A DNA stretch of 64,000 nt, taken from the NCBI GenBank assembly GCA_044344255.1, contig JBIJDH010000001.1, forward strand, positions 543,604-607,603, in the 5' to 3' direction. Shown here piece by piece: positions 19,689 to 29,909 of this stretch. A program made the translations under genes and the position numbers. The stretch's first letter is position 1. The number at the start of each line of letters is the position of its first letter. Source of the stretch: Myxococcota bacterium. Lineage in GTDB: Bacteria; Myxococcota_A; UBA796; UBA2385. The notes beneath the pieces are model-generated. The model did no database searches. It was given only the letters and a program-made list of their open reading frames with translations, and was not told where the DNA came from.

Positions 19689-20648
19689 TCAGCCGACGAT
19701 GAAGCGCACCCGCGGCCCCGCCTCGACGGTGAGGGTCTGGCCGGCGCGGAGGAAGTCGCCGTCGATCATATAGGAGATGGGGTGATCCGCCTCGATGGTG
19801 AAGCGCCGCGCCACCTGATCGGTGATCCCCGGCCCGCTGAAGGGGAGGGCGAGGCGGATCCGGTGGAGCTTGCTCACGACGCTCATCGCACCGCCGTTGA
19901 CGCCGATGACATGCACGTGATCGGGGTGGGAGAGGGCCTGGAAGAAGGGCCGGAAGCCGAGGCCCATGTCGGCCGTCGTGCCGCCGAGCACGGTCGCGTA
20001 GGCGCTGGGCTCCCACTCTTGACCGTCCACCTTGACCCGACACGGCTCGAGCGCGAAGAGGCTCTGGGCGAAGGGGCCGCCGATGATCGAGCTCCAGATG
20101 GCCCGCGTGAGCGTGGTCACCGCCTTCCATGGACCGGCGTCGCCGCCCTCGTAGTAGGCCTCCAGGAACCGAGCGGGGAGGCCGGTCCCGAACAAAAAGC
20201 CCGCCTCTGTACCGTTCACGACCATCAGGTTGCGCTCAACGGTCCGCAGCGGCTGCTCGGCGTGGTAGCCCACCACCACCTTGCCGAGCAGATCGTCGGC
20301 GGCCAAGCGCAGCCCGATGTTGCGCCCCATCGTGTTCATCGTGCCGCCCCGCAAGATGGCGATGAGGGGCAGCCGCACGGCGCGGAGCTCTCTGCCCGTC
20401 TTTCCCTCGGCATAGACGCGGGTGAGCGCCGAGAGCACCTTGTGGAGCGTGCCGTCGCCGCCGTGCACGCAGACGATGTCGACGTCGCGCTGCCGGAAGG
20501 CCAGGATGACGTCTTCGAGCCGATCCAGGCCGTCGGGCTGGGAGAGCTCCCCTTTTTCGCCGAGGATCCAGCCGAGGCGGCGGACGGCCTCGGGGTTGCG
20601 CTTGTTGTGCCCGCTGCGCGGGTTGCTGATGACGCCGATGCCGCTCAT
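19689..20648 (-). CDS. Diacylglycerol/sphingosine kinase family protein
   Basis: NPRSG, GGDGT, GTMN and IDGD motifs. Confidence 0.85.
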   Translation of the reverse strand: MSGIGVISNPRSGHNKRNPEAVRRLGWILGEKGELSQPDGLDRLEDVILAFRQRDVDIVCVHGGDGTLHKVLSALTRVYAEGKTGRELRAVRLPLIAILRGGTMNTMGRNIGLRLAADDLLGKVVVGYHAEQPLRTVERNLMVVNGTEAGFLFGTGLPARFLEAYYEGGDAGPWKAVTTLTRAIWSSIIGGPFAQSLFALEPCRVKVDGQEWEPSAYATVLGGTTADMGLGFRPFFQALSHPDHVHVIGVNGGAMSVVSKLHRIRLALPFSGPGITDQVARRFTIEADHPISYMIDGDFLRAGQTLTVEAGPRVRFIVG

Positions 20649-21697
20649 TCTTCCGCCCCCACGTAGCCCATGTGCTCCAAGGTCCCGCGCAGCCCGAGCG
20701 CGAGCTCCGGGCCGCGCCCGAAGAGGCCGAAGCCGCCCCCGGTGTGCCAGAACAGGACCCGCCGCCCAAGGCGGGCCCGATCGGTCTCCGCCAGCGCCTC
20801 GAGCGCGCACCAGGCCTTCCCCGTATACACAGGATCAAGCAAGATCCCCGTCTCTCGGGCGAAGCGCGCCTGAACGGTGAGCTCGGCTGGCGTGCTGAGG
20901 CCATACCCGCGCCCCTGAAAGCCCTCCACGACGTCCCAGTGCTCGCGGGTGCGCTGCTTCGCCTCGGCGGCGATCGCCTCGACCTTCGCCCGGAAGGTGG
21001 CCCGGTCATCACAGACGGCCACCCCCAGCAGCCGGTCACCGGCGGGGTGCATCGCGAGGCCGGCGAGGGTGCCGCCCGAGCCCACGGCGCAGACCTGAGA
21101 GTCGAAGACCACGCCCTGATCTCGGGCCTGCCCCGCCAGCTCTCGCGCGGCGAGCTGATAACCCTGCGAGCCCAGCGCGTTCGAGCCCCCCTCGGGGATG
21201 ATGTAGGGCCGCTCGCCCTTCCCGCGGAGCTCGGCGGCGATCGCCTCGAGGTGGCGGTCCCGATCGCGGTAGCCCGCCGCATCGACGAAGCGCACCTCCG
21301 CGCCGAGGATGGCGTCCAGCAGCAGGTTTCCGTCGAAGCCCATCGCGAGGGGGCCGTCCGCGCCCGGCTCCCGCCGCTCGACCACCTGGTCCCCCCGCCG
21401 CTCCAGCGGGGGCCGCCCCCGGAGCAGCAGCAGGGGCCGCATCCCGAGGTGGCGCGCCGCGACCGCGGTGGCCCGGCAATGGTTGGACTGCAGGCCGCCC
21501 GTGGTGAGCACGGTCGTGGCGCCCGCCTCCCGGGCGGCGAGCATCAGGTGGACGAGCTTGCGGATCTTGTTTCCCGAACCCGCGAAGCCGGTCATGTCGT
21601 CGCGCTTGATCCACACCTCGACGCCGAGCCGGCGGCTCGGCCCCTCGAGCCGGTGCAAGGGCGTGGGCAAGGTGAGGAGGCTCGGGAAGGGGTTCAT
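20645..21697 (-). CDS. D-cysteine desulfhydrase/ACC deaminase family PLP enzyme
   Basis: KRDD-GNKIRKL, QSNHCR, GSGGT, DPVYTGK, HTGG. Confidence 0.9.
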   Translation of the reverse strand: MNPFPSLLTLPTPLHRLEGPSRRLGVEVWIKRDDMTGFAGSGNKIRKLVHLMLAAREAGATTVLTTGGLQSNHCRATAVAARHLGMRPLLLLRGRPPLERRGDQVVERREPGADGPLAMGFDGNLLLDAILGAEVRFVDAAGYRDRDRHLEAIAAELRGKGERPYIIPEGGSNALGSQGYQLAARELAGQARDQGVVFDSQVCAVGSGGTLAGLAMHPAGDRLLGVAVCDDRATFRAKVEAIAAEAKQRTREHWDVVEGFQGRGYGLSTPAELTVQARFARETGILLDPVYTGKAWCALEALAETDRARLGRRVLFWHTGGGFGLFGRGPELALGLRGTLEHMGYVGAEE

Positions 21698-21785
21698 GGC
21701 GCACCCGTATCCTCCGCCCCCGCGCCGCCGGTAGGGGGGCAGTATGGGGGCCGCTGGTCGCCGCCTACGGCGAGGCGCCCACCGC

Positions 21786-21814
21786 TTGACATCCCGGACG
21801 TCTGGTCGTAAAAC
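21786..21814 (+). promoter_or_regulatory. sigma70-type promoter TTGACA-N17-TAAAAC
   Basis: Perfect -35 and 17-nt spacer; GGAGGA RBS before ATG 21839. Confidence 0.65.
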
Positions 21815-21838
21815 GCGCCTTCATGTTCTGGAGGAACG

Positions 21839-22798
21839 ATGTCGAGGTATAGCTGGCCGGCCCGTGGGCTGTTCACGATGATGATCCCCCTGGTCGCCAT
21901 CGCCTGCAGCGGCGGCGACAAGTCCGACGACGGCAGCGACGACGGCGCCGGTGATGACGGCGGCGACGGCACCGACGGCGGCGGCGACGGCCCTGGGATC
22001 GAAGAATTCATCAACGTCACCACCTCGCCCGTGGGTGATCTCACCGGCTTTGAGGCTGGCTACGACGAGGCCACCGGCTGGTGGGTCCAGACCCCCGATC
22101 CCGCCAAGCAGGTCGAGGTGCCCCTCACCGGCTCCGCCACTGACTTCGAGACCGGCGACGGAGTGCCCGACGCCAAGGTGGAGATCTGGAACAACGACGT
22201 CGTCTCCGGCGTCGCCAACATCGAGTTCACCTCGGACAGCTCCGGCAACGTGAGCGGGACCAGCATCGTCTGTCAACCGCAGACCTACAAGGTCACCACC
22301 GACCCCGATCTCGCCGAGACCAAGGAGACCTACGAGGCCCACCAGATGTACGGCTTCGCCGAATCTCTGGACGGTGAGGACTTCAACTCCGTCTCGACGA
22401 CCACCTACTCCATCATCCCCTCGCTGCTCGGCGTCAGCCCCGACACCGACAAGGGCATCGTCGCCGGCACCTGCTTTGACGTCAACGAGGACCCCATCGA
22501 GGGCGCGCAGGTCGTCATCGTAGACGCCGAGGGCAACATCCCCGAGTCCCTGGTCGTCAAGTACTTCGTGGACGAGTTCCCGAACCGCAACCAGCCGAAC
22601 ACCTCTCCTGACGGCCTCTGGGTGGCGGTGAACATCCCCGCCGGCGAGTGGTTCGCCCAGATGTGGGTCTCGGACGGCGCGGGCGGCCACAAGCTGCTCG
22701 GCGCCTCCACCCTCACCGTGTTCGCCGACAGCATCAACATCGGCAACATCTACACGGGCTACGGCGACGGCGTGAAGTACCCCGAGAGCTGCCTCTAG
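21839..22798 (+). CDS. Acidic lipoprotein with carboxypeptidase-regulatory-like beta-sandwich domains
   Basis: Lipobox IAC, Asp/Gly linker, and the segments DFETGDGVPDAKV and EDPIEGAQV. Confidence 0.65.
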   Translation: MSRYSWPARGLFTMMIPLVAIACSGGDKSDDGSDDGAGDDGGDGTDGGGDGPGIEEFINVTTSPVGDLTGFEAGYDEATGWWVQTPDPAKQVEVPLTGSATDFETGDGVPDAKVEIWNNDVVSGVANIEFTSDSSGNVSGTSIVCQPQTYKVTTDPDLAETKETYEAHQMYGFAESLDGEDFNSVSTTTYSIIPSLLGVSPDTDKGIVAGTCFDVNEDPIEGAQVVIVDAEGNIPESLVVKYFVDEFPNRNQPNTSPDGLWVAVNIPAGEWFAQMWVSDGAGGHKLLGASTLTVFADSINIGNIYTGYGDGVKYPESCL

Positions 22799-22853
22799 GC
22801 GCCCCTCCGCACGGACGCCGCCGCCCACCGCCCCTCGACCGCCGAGGCCCCCC

Positions 22854-24515
22854 ATGCTGCTCGCCGGACTGCTCGCCCTCGCCGGGCTCGCCCACGCCGA
22901 AGACAAAGACACGGCGCTGAAGTTCGACCTCGACGGATACTACCGTACACGAGGCTACGTCTTCCGCGGCTTCTACCCCGAACAGGACGGCCCCGGCCGG
23001 ATGATGGTGCACCGCCTGCGCCTTCAGCCGAGCGTGAACTTCCAGGATCGGGCGAAGTTCTTCATGATGGTCGACGCCCTCGATGACGTCGTGTGGGGCG
23101 ACAACGAGTCGCTCGCGAGCACCCCGCTCTTCGCCGGTGACCCCTCCACCACCGGCACCGACGGGCAGCACATGGACGCCCTGAAGCTCAAGCGGGCCTG
23201 GATCGAATTCAAGATCCCGATCGGGCTCGTGCGGGTGGGGCGGCAGGAGTCCAACTGGGGCATGGGGCTGCTGTCGAACCACGGAAACGGCTTCGACGAC
23301 AGCTTCGGTGAGAACCACTACGGCTCCACCTTTGACCGCGCCATCTTCGCCACCCGCCCGGTGGCCATCGCCCAGACCATCATGGGCAAGCCCGCCAACT
23401 CCGCCCACCCCCTCGTGGTGGCGGTCGGCGTGGACCGCCTCGTCGAGGACCCCCTCCTCGAGTACTACGGCTTCCCCTGTGAGCCCGGCCTCATCCAGGG
23501 CGACTCCGACCAGTATGACTCCCGTTGCGACGAGGACGGGGACGGCATCACCGACCTCGAGCACGACTACACCGACGAGGGCCGCATCGAGAGCCTCGCC
23601 GAGAACGGCGACACGCTGCGCCCCGTAGACTGGGCCTTCGACAGCAAGGACGACGTCTGGGAGATGGTCTACGTGCTCCTCTGGAAGGAGGAGGACGCCA
23701 CCTTCTGGGGCTCGAAGGGAGACCGCAGCTTCGGCACCTACGTGGTGACCCGCAGCCAGGAGGAGACGAACTCCAAGGTCCTGATCGCCGACGTCTACGG
23801 CAAGCTGCTCTGGCGCGGCGTCTACCTCGAGGGGGAGGTGCTCAACATCCGCGGGCGCACCGACGCCATCGCGCTGCGCGGCGCCTATGACCCCTACGGT
23901 GACCTCACGAACCCCTTGTACAAAGAGGCCAACATCTGGGGCTATGTCGGCCGGGCCGGCTACCAGCATGAGCTGGGCTCCGCGATCTTCGAGACCGGCT
24001 ACGCCTCGGGCGACGGCAACGTGGCCGACTCCGACTTCACCGGGCGACCGCTGCACCCCGACTACAACGTCGGCCTCCTGCTCTACGAGGAGGTCCTCTC
24101 TCGGGTGACCGCCACGACCTGGTCCGAGGACGCCCAGGGCCTGTGGAGCAACGGCGGCGTGTACAACTCGAAGTACATCTTCCCGACGCTCAAGTACAAG
24201 CCCGGCCGCAACCTCGACATCACCGCCGGTTACCTCCTCGCCTGGCCCGACAAGCCGGACGGCAGCCGCATCCTCTGCAACGAGGACGACTACCCCGACG
24301 ATCCCGAGGCCTGCTCGGACCCCCAGGATGACCTCGCCAAGGAGCTCGGCTGGGAGGCGGACCTCGCCCTCAAGTACAAGTTCCACGACCACATCCTGTT
24401 CAGCGCCGAGTACGGCTACGCCAAGATCACGAACCGGATCCCGCTCGAGAACATCGGCCTCGATCCCGCGGGTAAGTTCCAGACCTTCCAGACCCGCATC
24501 GCCTACGAGTTCTGA
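22854..24515 (+). CDS. Putative outer-membrane beta-barrel protein
   Basis: Signal peptide, amphipathic beta-strands, VGRQ-WG-G motif, C-terminal Phe (IAYEF). Confidence 0.7.
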   Translation: MLLAGLLALAGLAHAEDKDTALKFDLDGYYRTRGYVFRGFYPEQDGPGRMMVHRLRLQPSVNFQDRAKFFMMVDALDDVVWGDNESLASTPLFAGDPSTTGTDGQHMDALKLKRAWIEFKIPIGLVRVGRQESNWGMGLLSNHGNGFDDSFGENHYGSTFDRAIFATRPVAIAQTIMGKPANSAHPLVVAVGVDRLVEDPLLEYYGFPCEPGLIQGDSDQYDSRCDEDGDGITDLEHDYTDEGRIESLAENGDTLRPVDWAFDSKDDVWEMVYVLLWKEEDATFWGSKGDRSFGTYVVTRSQEETNSKVLIADVYGKLLWRGVYLEGEVLNIRGRTDAIALRGAYDPYGDLTNPLYKEANIWGYVGRAGYQHELGSAIFETGYASGDGNVADSDFTGRPLHPDYNVGLLLYEEVLSRVTATTWSEDAQGLWSNGGVYNSKYIFPTLKYKPGRNLDITAGYLLAWPDKPDGSRILCNEDDYPDDPEACSDPQDDLAKELGWEADLALKYKFHDHILFSAEYGYAKITNRIPLENIGLDPAGKFQTFQTRIAYEF

Positions 24516-24520
24516 ACGAC

Positions 24521-24790
24521 GTGGCCCCGCCGCCGCTGACCGCGATGGTCCCCGTGTTCGTCACGCTGATCGAGCTCTACTGCCTGCTCACCGTGACGGA
24601 CGTGCTGCTGGCCTGGGTGCAGCCGGAGCCGGAGCGTGTTCCCCGCCGGGTGTTCCACGTGGTCACAGAGCCCGTTCAGCGCCTGCTCCGCCCGCTGTCC
24701 GGCCGGCTGCCCACCGGGGGCTGGGATCTCTCCCCGCTCTTCGTCCTCCTGCTCCTGGGCTCAATCCGGGTATGGCTGTTGCGCCCATGA
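24521..24790 (+). CDS. yggT: YggT family membrane protein
   Basis: LLAWV...VTEP..RLLR...GGWDLSPL pattern. Confidence 0.75.
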   Translation: MAPPPLTAMVPVFVTLIELYCLLTVTDVLLAWVQPEPERVPRRVFHVVTEPVQRLLRPLSGRLPTGGWDLSPLFVLLLLGSIRVWLLRP

Positions 24791-25488
24791 TGCTCACCCT
24801 GGCCCTGCTGCTCTCCCTCGCCCAGGCCTCCCCCAAGGAGGACCTCCGGGCCGCCGCCAACGCCGAGCTCCCGGAGGCGGCGCGGATGGAGGCCTTCGAC
24901 AGGCTCGTGCGCACCGGCCTCACCGACATCGCCTGGGTCTCCGAGGTGGCCGCCACCGACAAGGCCGAAGCCCGCGAGCGCTGGGTGGCGGTGCGGGTGC
25001 TCGGTAAGGTCGGCGGAGACCGCGCCAAGAACCAGCTCGTGGCCCTGCTCTCCGACGACATGCCCGCGATGCGCGCCGCCGCCGCTCAGTCGCTCGGTGA
25101 CCTCGGCGAGGCCCGCCAGGCGCAGGCCCTCACCCCGCTCCTCCGAGACCCCGCCCTGATCGTGCGGGCCGCCGCCGCAGAGGCGCTCGGAAAGCTGCGT
25201 GACCCCGTCGCCGTCGCCCCCCTCGGGGAGGCGCTGAGCGCCCGCGACAACTACTACCGGGGCAGCAGCCTCTGGGTTCGCCGGCACTACGTCAAGGCCC
25301 TCGGGCAGATCGGCAGCCGCAAGGCGGTGCCCACCCTGGTCCGCTGCCTCGATGACGCCGACGAGGCCGTCGCCAGCGAGGCCGTCCTCGCCTTCGAGGG
25401 CATCGCCGGCTTCGACTACCGCGAGGGTCGCGAGCTGGGCGAGCAGAAGGCCGCCTGGCGGCGCTGGGCAAGCGCGCAGGGCAAGTGA
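24787..25488 (+). CDS. Exported HEAT-repeat protein
   Basis: Signal peptide; repeated R-AAA-ALG units; start overlaps the yggT stop. Confidence 0.8.
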   Translation: MMLTLALLLSLAQASPKEDLRAAANAELPEAARMEAFDRLVRTGLTDIAWVSEVAATDKAEARERWVAVRVLGKVGGDRAKNQLVALLSDDMPAMRAAAAQSLGDLGEARQAQALTPLLRDPALIVRAAAAEALGKLRDPVAVAPLGEALSARDNYYRGSSLWVRRHYVKALGQIGSRKAVPTLVRCLDDADEAVASEAVLAFEGIAGFDYREGRELGEQKAAWRRWASAQGK

Positions 25489-25512
25489 CACGGCCGCGTC
25501 CCGGAGCGCGCC

Positions 25513-27083
25513 TCAGCCGGCGGTGAGGATCCCGAGGTGGGCGAGGCGGGCGAGCCCCTCTTCCTCAAAGGTCTGGCAGGTCTGCTGGAGCAGCGACCGG
25601 CGCGCCGAGGCCTCTGTGACCGGTCGACCCTCGACCTGGAGCGTCCGCCCGGTGCCCAGCAGGCGGGCCTCCACCCGATCGACCAGGCCGGCAAGGCCCC
25701 CGCGCACCCGCTCGTCGAGGAGGCCTGCCTCGAGGTCGGTCAGCAGCTCGCCGTTCCCCGTGAAGGGGGAGGCCAGCACCACCGGGGCGCCCCCCACGCC
25801 TCCCCGCGGACGCGGTGGCGGTTGAGGGCCCCGGGGAGGGAGACCCGCTCGGGCCGCTGGCTCCACAGGGGGCGCGCGCGCGGCGCCACGGGCTGGGCGG
25901 ACACCTCGAAGAGCCCCATCGCCACGCCGATGTCGAGGTCAGCCACGAGCTCGGCGACGCCACGTCTGGCGAGGGCGGGGTCGCCCACGAGGTCTGAAAG
26001 GCGAAGGCTGCCGGCCTCGCCCAGGCGGGCCAGGAGGCGCTCGTAGATCGGCCCGGCGGCCGTGGCGGTGACCACACCGAAGGTCGCGCGGTGCGGGAGC
26101 CCGAGGTTCGGGCGCGCGACCCGGTACCAGAGGTCATCGGCCTCGCGGAGGCGGGCGGAGGGCTCCGTCATCCTCCGTGGCGCGCGCCCAAAGATGTCCC
26201 AGCGGAAGGACGTGTTCAGGCACAGGTCCTTCTCCGCCTCGATCGTGAGCCGATCGGCCCCCACAGGGAAGGTCGGGCGCAGCTCTGGGCGCAGACAGAG
26301 CCCGAGCGAGTTGGTGTGCAGGGGGAGGCTGCCGACAAAAGAGAGCCCGGCGCCCCCGAAGGCATCCGCCACCTCCCGGAAGTAGAAGCTCGCCCAGTGT
26401 TCGTTCAGGAACTCGTGACCGACGTAGCGCGGATCGGCCTTCTCGATGAAGTCCAGGTAGGCGCCAGCCCGAGGGTTCTCTTCGAAGTAGGCGGCGCGGC
26501 CGTCGCGTAAGGCCCGCAGGTGCCCGATGGCCGCGCGGATCTGCTGCACCGGGCCGCCGGGGGTGGTGGCAGCGTGCTGCCGGAACACCTGCCGGAAGGG
26601 CTGCAAGTGGGACCAGCCGGGCATCGTGTTGTAGCTCAGCAGGAGGAGCCCCCCCTCCGCGAGGCGACGCTCGGCGAAAGCCAGGATCTGCGCCCGCACC
26701 CTCGGCCCGACCCAGCTCCAGACCCCGTGAAGGGTGATGAAGTCAAAGCGGCCCAGGTCCTCAGGGACCGCATCAAAGCCAGCGGTGACGACCTGCACGT
26801 TTCGAAGCTCCCCTGCCTCGATCTCTCGACCGGCGGCCCGGGTGTGCTCGGCGAGGAGGTCCACCCCGACAAATTGACCCTGGGGGTTGGCGGCGGCCAG
26901 CGTGCAGAGGGAGCGCCCCGTCCCGCAGCCGAGCTCGATGTACCGGAACCCGCTGGCGCTGCGCGGCGGGATCACCCCGTTGACCAGCGCCGCGTAGCGG
27001 ATCGCCAGGGGGGCCTGGGTCGGCTGGTACGTCGGCAGGTACGGGAGGTCGGTGAGGTAGCCGTCCGAGCGCAGGTCCGACAC
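25513..27083 (-). pseudogene. SAM methyltransferase with methyltransferase-regulatory domain, frameshifted near 25790
   Basis: ELGCGTG, FDFITLHGVWSW, SYNTMPGW and YVGHEFLNEHW motifs. The C-terminus (VVLASPFTGNG) continues in another frame after a G6 run. Confidence 0.7.
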
Positions 27084-27151
27084 GGGGATCCTCGGGGTGG
27101 GCAGGGGTTCGCGTGGGCGAGCGCTCCAGGACGATCGCGCCGGAGCCTCGT

Positions 27152-27904
27152 TCAGCGGGTGACCTGCAGCTTCAGCACGCTGCGCCCGATGCCCACGGTG
27201 TCGCCGGCGCGGAGGCGAGCCACGTCGACCTTGCGGCCGTTGTGGTAGGTCCCGTTCGTGCTGCCGAGGTCGCGCAGGAAGATCATCTCGCGCCCGAAGA
27301 CCTCGATGACCGCGTGTCGGCGCGAGACCTCGACGTCCGAGAGCGGGATCTCTCCCGTCTTCCGGCCCACCGTGACGTTGCCGCGCGTGAACCGGAAGAC
27401 CTTCCCGGCGTCGGTGCCAGCCACACACTCGAGCACGGCGTGCATGCCAGGCGGGAGGCGGAGGTCCTGGTCGACCACGTCGGCGGGGGTGCGGGTGCGG
27501 TCGGGGGAGCCTTGGAGCTCCACCAGCTCCTCATCGAGCAGCCAAGCGATCTCGACCTGGGAGGGGCGGTCGGCGGGGGACAGGGCGGGCTCGGCGGCCG
27601 GGGCCTCGTTGGCGCCCACGAAGAGCACGAGCCGGCTGTTGCCGATCGAGATCTCGGCGCCGGGCCGCAGCGCGAGCTCCCGCACGAGGCGCCCATCGAC
27701 CAGCGTGCCGTTGGTGCTGCCGAGGTCTTGGATGATCCAGCCGTCATCCTTGGGCAGGATCTGGGCGTGAGTGCTGCTCACGAGCGGATCGTCGATGAGC
27801 AGGTCACCCCGCTTGCGGCCGATGACGAGCGGCCCGTCGGCCGGCAGCGGGACGTTGAGCCCCTGGCGGCCCCCGGCGACCACCTTGAGGAAGGCCGAGG
27901 CCAT
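27152..27904 (-). CDS. Tandem FHA-domain protein
   Basis: Two GR...S..H...DLGSTNGT units. Confidence 0.9.
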   Translation of the reverse strand: MASAFLKVVAGGRQGLNVPLPADGPLVIGRKRGDLLIDDPLVSSTHAQILPKDDGWIIQDLGSTNGTLVDGRLVRELALRPGAEISIGNSRLVLFVGANEAPAAEPALSPADRPSQVEIAWLLDEELVELQGSPDRTRTPADVVDQDLRLPPGMHAVLECVAGTDAGKVFRFTRGNVTVGRKTGEIPLSDVEVSRRHAVIEVFGREMIFLRDLGSTNGTYHNGRKVDVARLRAGDTVGIGRSVLKLQVTR

Positions 27905-28863
27905 CAGGCCGACCGCGCGGCGCGGGCGGGCCGGGACCGTTGACCCTTGTGGTAGAGGTGGTATCGCCCGCTGAGCTCCCGCCCCAGCGCCGCTCCGAGC
28001 GCGACGCCGGCCTCGGCGAGGGCGCCGAGGTCGACCCCGGTGGAGACCCCCATCGCCTCGAAGAGGTGGACCACATCATCGGTGGCCGCGTTCCCAGACG
28101 CCCCGGGAGCGTAGGGGCAGCCGCCCACGCCGGCCACCGAGCCGTCAAACGTTCGCACCCCGGCCTCAAAGCCGGCGTAGATATTGGCCAGCGCCGTCCC
28201 TCGCGTGTCGTGCATGTGCAGCCCGATCTGCGAGACCGGCACGCCTGCGGCCCGAAGGTCGTCGATGACCGCGCGCACGAGGCGGGGGTTGCCCATGCCC
28301 GTGGTGTCGCCGAGCGCGACCTCGTCGGCCCCGGCGCCGAGCAGGGCGAGGCAGAGCTCCCGCGTGCTGCGGATCGAGACCTCCCCCTCATAAGGGCAGC
28401 CGAAGACCGTGGAGATGTAGGCGCGCACCCGCATCCCGTCGGCCTTGGCGAGGCGGATCACCTCGTCTTGCGCGGCGAGGCTCTCCTGGCGGGTGCGGTT
28501 CAGGTTCTTCTGGTTGTGGGTCTCGCTGGCGCTCATGAAGGTGGCCACGTCACGGATGCCCGTCTCCATGGCCCGCTCGAGGCCGCGGCTGTTCGGCACC
28601 AGCGCCCAGTAGCGCACGCCCTCGGCCACCGGGAGCCGGCTGATGAGCTCGGCGGCGTCTGCGAGCTGCGGGATCCACGAGGGGCGGACGAAGCTCGTCA
28701 CCTCGATGTCCTGCAGCCCAGCCTCCACGAGGGCCTGGATGAGCGCCACCTTGTCGTCGGTGGAGACCAGCGTGGGCTCGTTCTGGAGGCCGTCCCGCGG
28801 CGAGACCTCGTAGATTCGGACCGAGGCCCCAGGTGACGCCGAGGACGAGTGAAGGGTGCTCAT
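27904..28863 (-). CDS. hmgL: Hydroxymethylglutaryl-CoA lyase
   Basis: EVSPRDGLQNE, HMHDT, GGCPYAPGASGN. Confidence 0.92.
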   Translation of the reverse strand: MSTLHSSSASPGASVRIYEVSPRDGLQNEPTLVSTDDKVALIQALVEAGLQDIEVTSFVRPSWIPQLADAAELISRLPVAEGVRYWALVPNSRGLERAMETGIRDVATFMSASETHNQKNLNRTRQESLAAQDEVIRLAKADGMRVRAYISTVFGCPYEGEVSIRSTRELCLALLGAGADEVALGDTTGMGNPRLVRAVIDDLRAAGVPVSQIGLHMHDTRGTALANIYAGFEAGVRTFDGSVAGVGGCPYAPGASGNAATDDVVHLFEAMGVSTGVDLGALAEAGVALGAALGRELSGRYHLYHKGQRSRPARAARSA

Positions 28864-28915
28864 GTCGAAGCCCTCAGGTTGAGCCTATCACAGGCCTCGC
28901 CGACGAACAGCCGCT

Positions 28916-29839
28916 TCAACGCCGCTGGCCGATGAGGCGGATGAGCACGGCCTTCTGGGCGTGCAGCCGGTTCTCGGCCTGGTCAAAGATGACCGACTGA
29001 GGCCCATCGATGACCTCGGCGGAGACCTCCTCTCCGCGGTGGGCGGGGAGGCAGTGGAGGAAGATGGCCGTCGGCTTGGCGTGGGCCATCAGGGCCTGGT
29101 TGACCTCGAAGCCGGCGAAGCGCTGGACGCGCTCCTCTCGCTCTTCCTCCTGGCCCATCGAAGCCCAGACGTCGGTGTAGACGACGTCGGCGTCGGCCAC
29201 CGCGGCGATGGGGTCTTCGGTGATCAGCACCGAGCCGCCGCTGCCCGCCGCGATCTCGCGGGCCTGGGTGACGATGTCAGCGTCGGGCGCGTAGCCGCGG
29301 GGGTGACCCACCGCGACCGACATGCCCATCTTCGTGCCCCCGAAGAGGATCGAGTGCGCCATGTTGTTGCCGTCGCCGATGTAGGCCATCTTGAGCCCGG
29401 CGATGCGGCCGAACTTCTCCTCGATGGTCTGGAGGTCAGCGAGCACCTGACAGGGGTGCAGCAGGTCAGACAGGGCGTTGATGACCGGCACCGTGCCGTA
29501 GCGGGCGAGGTCAATCACGTCGCTGTGGGCATAAACGCGGGCCATGATGCCGTGGACCATGCGCGACAACACCCGAGCGGTGTCGGCGATGGACTCCCCC
29601 CGGTGGAGCTGGATGTCCTTCGGGCCCAGGTAGATGGCCTGACCGCCGAGCTGGTACATGCCCGTCTCGAAGCTCACGCGCGTGCGCAGCGAGGGCTTCT
29701 GGAAGATCATGGCGAGGGTCTTCCCGGCGCAGGCCGTGCGGAAGCCGTCGGGGTTGAGCTTCACCATGCGGGCGAGATCAAGGTAGGCCCTGAGCTCTTC
29801 GGCGGAGTGGTCAGCGAGGGAAAGGAAGTGGCGGTTCAT
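28916..29839 (-). CDS. argF: Ornithine carbamoyltransferase
   Basis: SLRTR, HPCQ, DVWASMG, HCLP, QAENR. Confidence 0.9.
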   Translation of the reverse strand: MNRHFLSLADHSAEELRAYLDLARMVKLNPDGFRTACAGKTLAMIFQKPSLRTRVSFETGMYQLGGQAIYLGPKDIQLHRGESIADTARVLSRMVHGIMARVYAHSDVIDLARYGTVPVINALSDLLHPCQVLADLQTIEEKFGRIAGLKMAYIGDGNNMAHSILFGGTKMGMSVAVGHPRGYAPDADIVTQAREIAAGSGGSVLITEDPIAAVADADVVYTDVWASMGQEEEREERVQRFAGFEVNQALMAHAKPTAIFLHCLPAHRGEEVSAEVIDGPQSVIFDQAENRLHAQKAVLIRLIGQRR

Positions 29840-29909
29840 CGGGCCCCCGAGCGAGACGGCGCTGAGGCCCCCCTCTAGCGCGGAGCGCACAGCCCGGGAA
29901 GCCCCCTTC

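Noticed and set aside
28916..29839. SLRT motif suggesting an N-succinyl- or N-acetyl-ornithine transcarbamylase
   Set aside because: The DxxxSMG loop and HCLP motif of canonical OTCases are intact.
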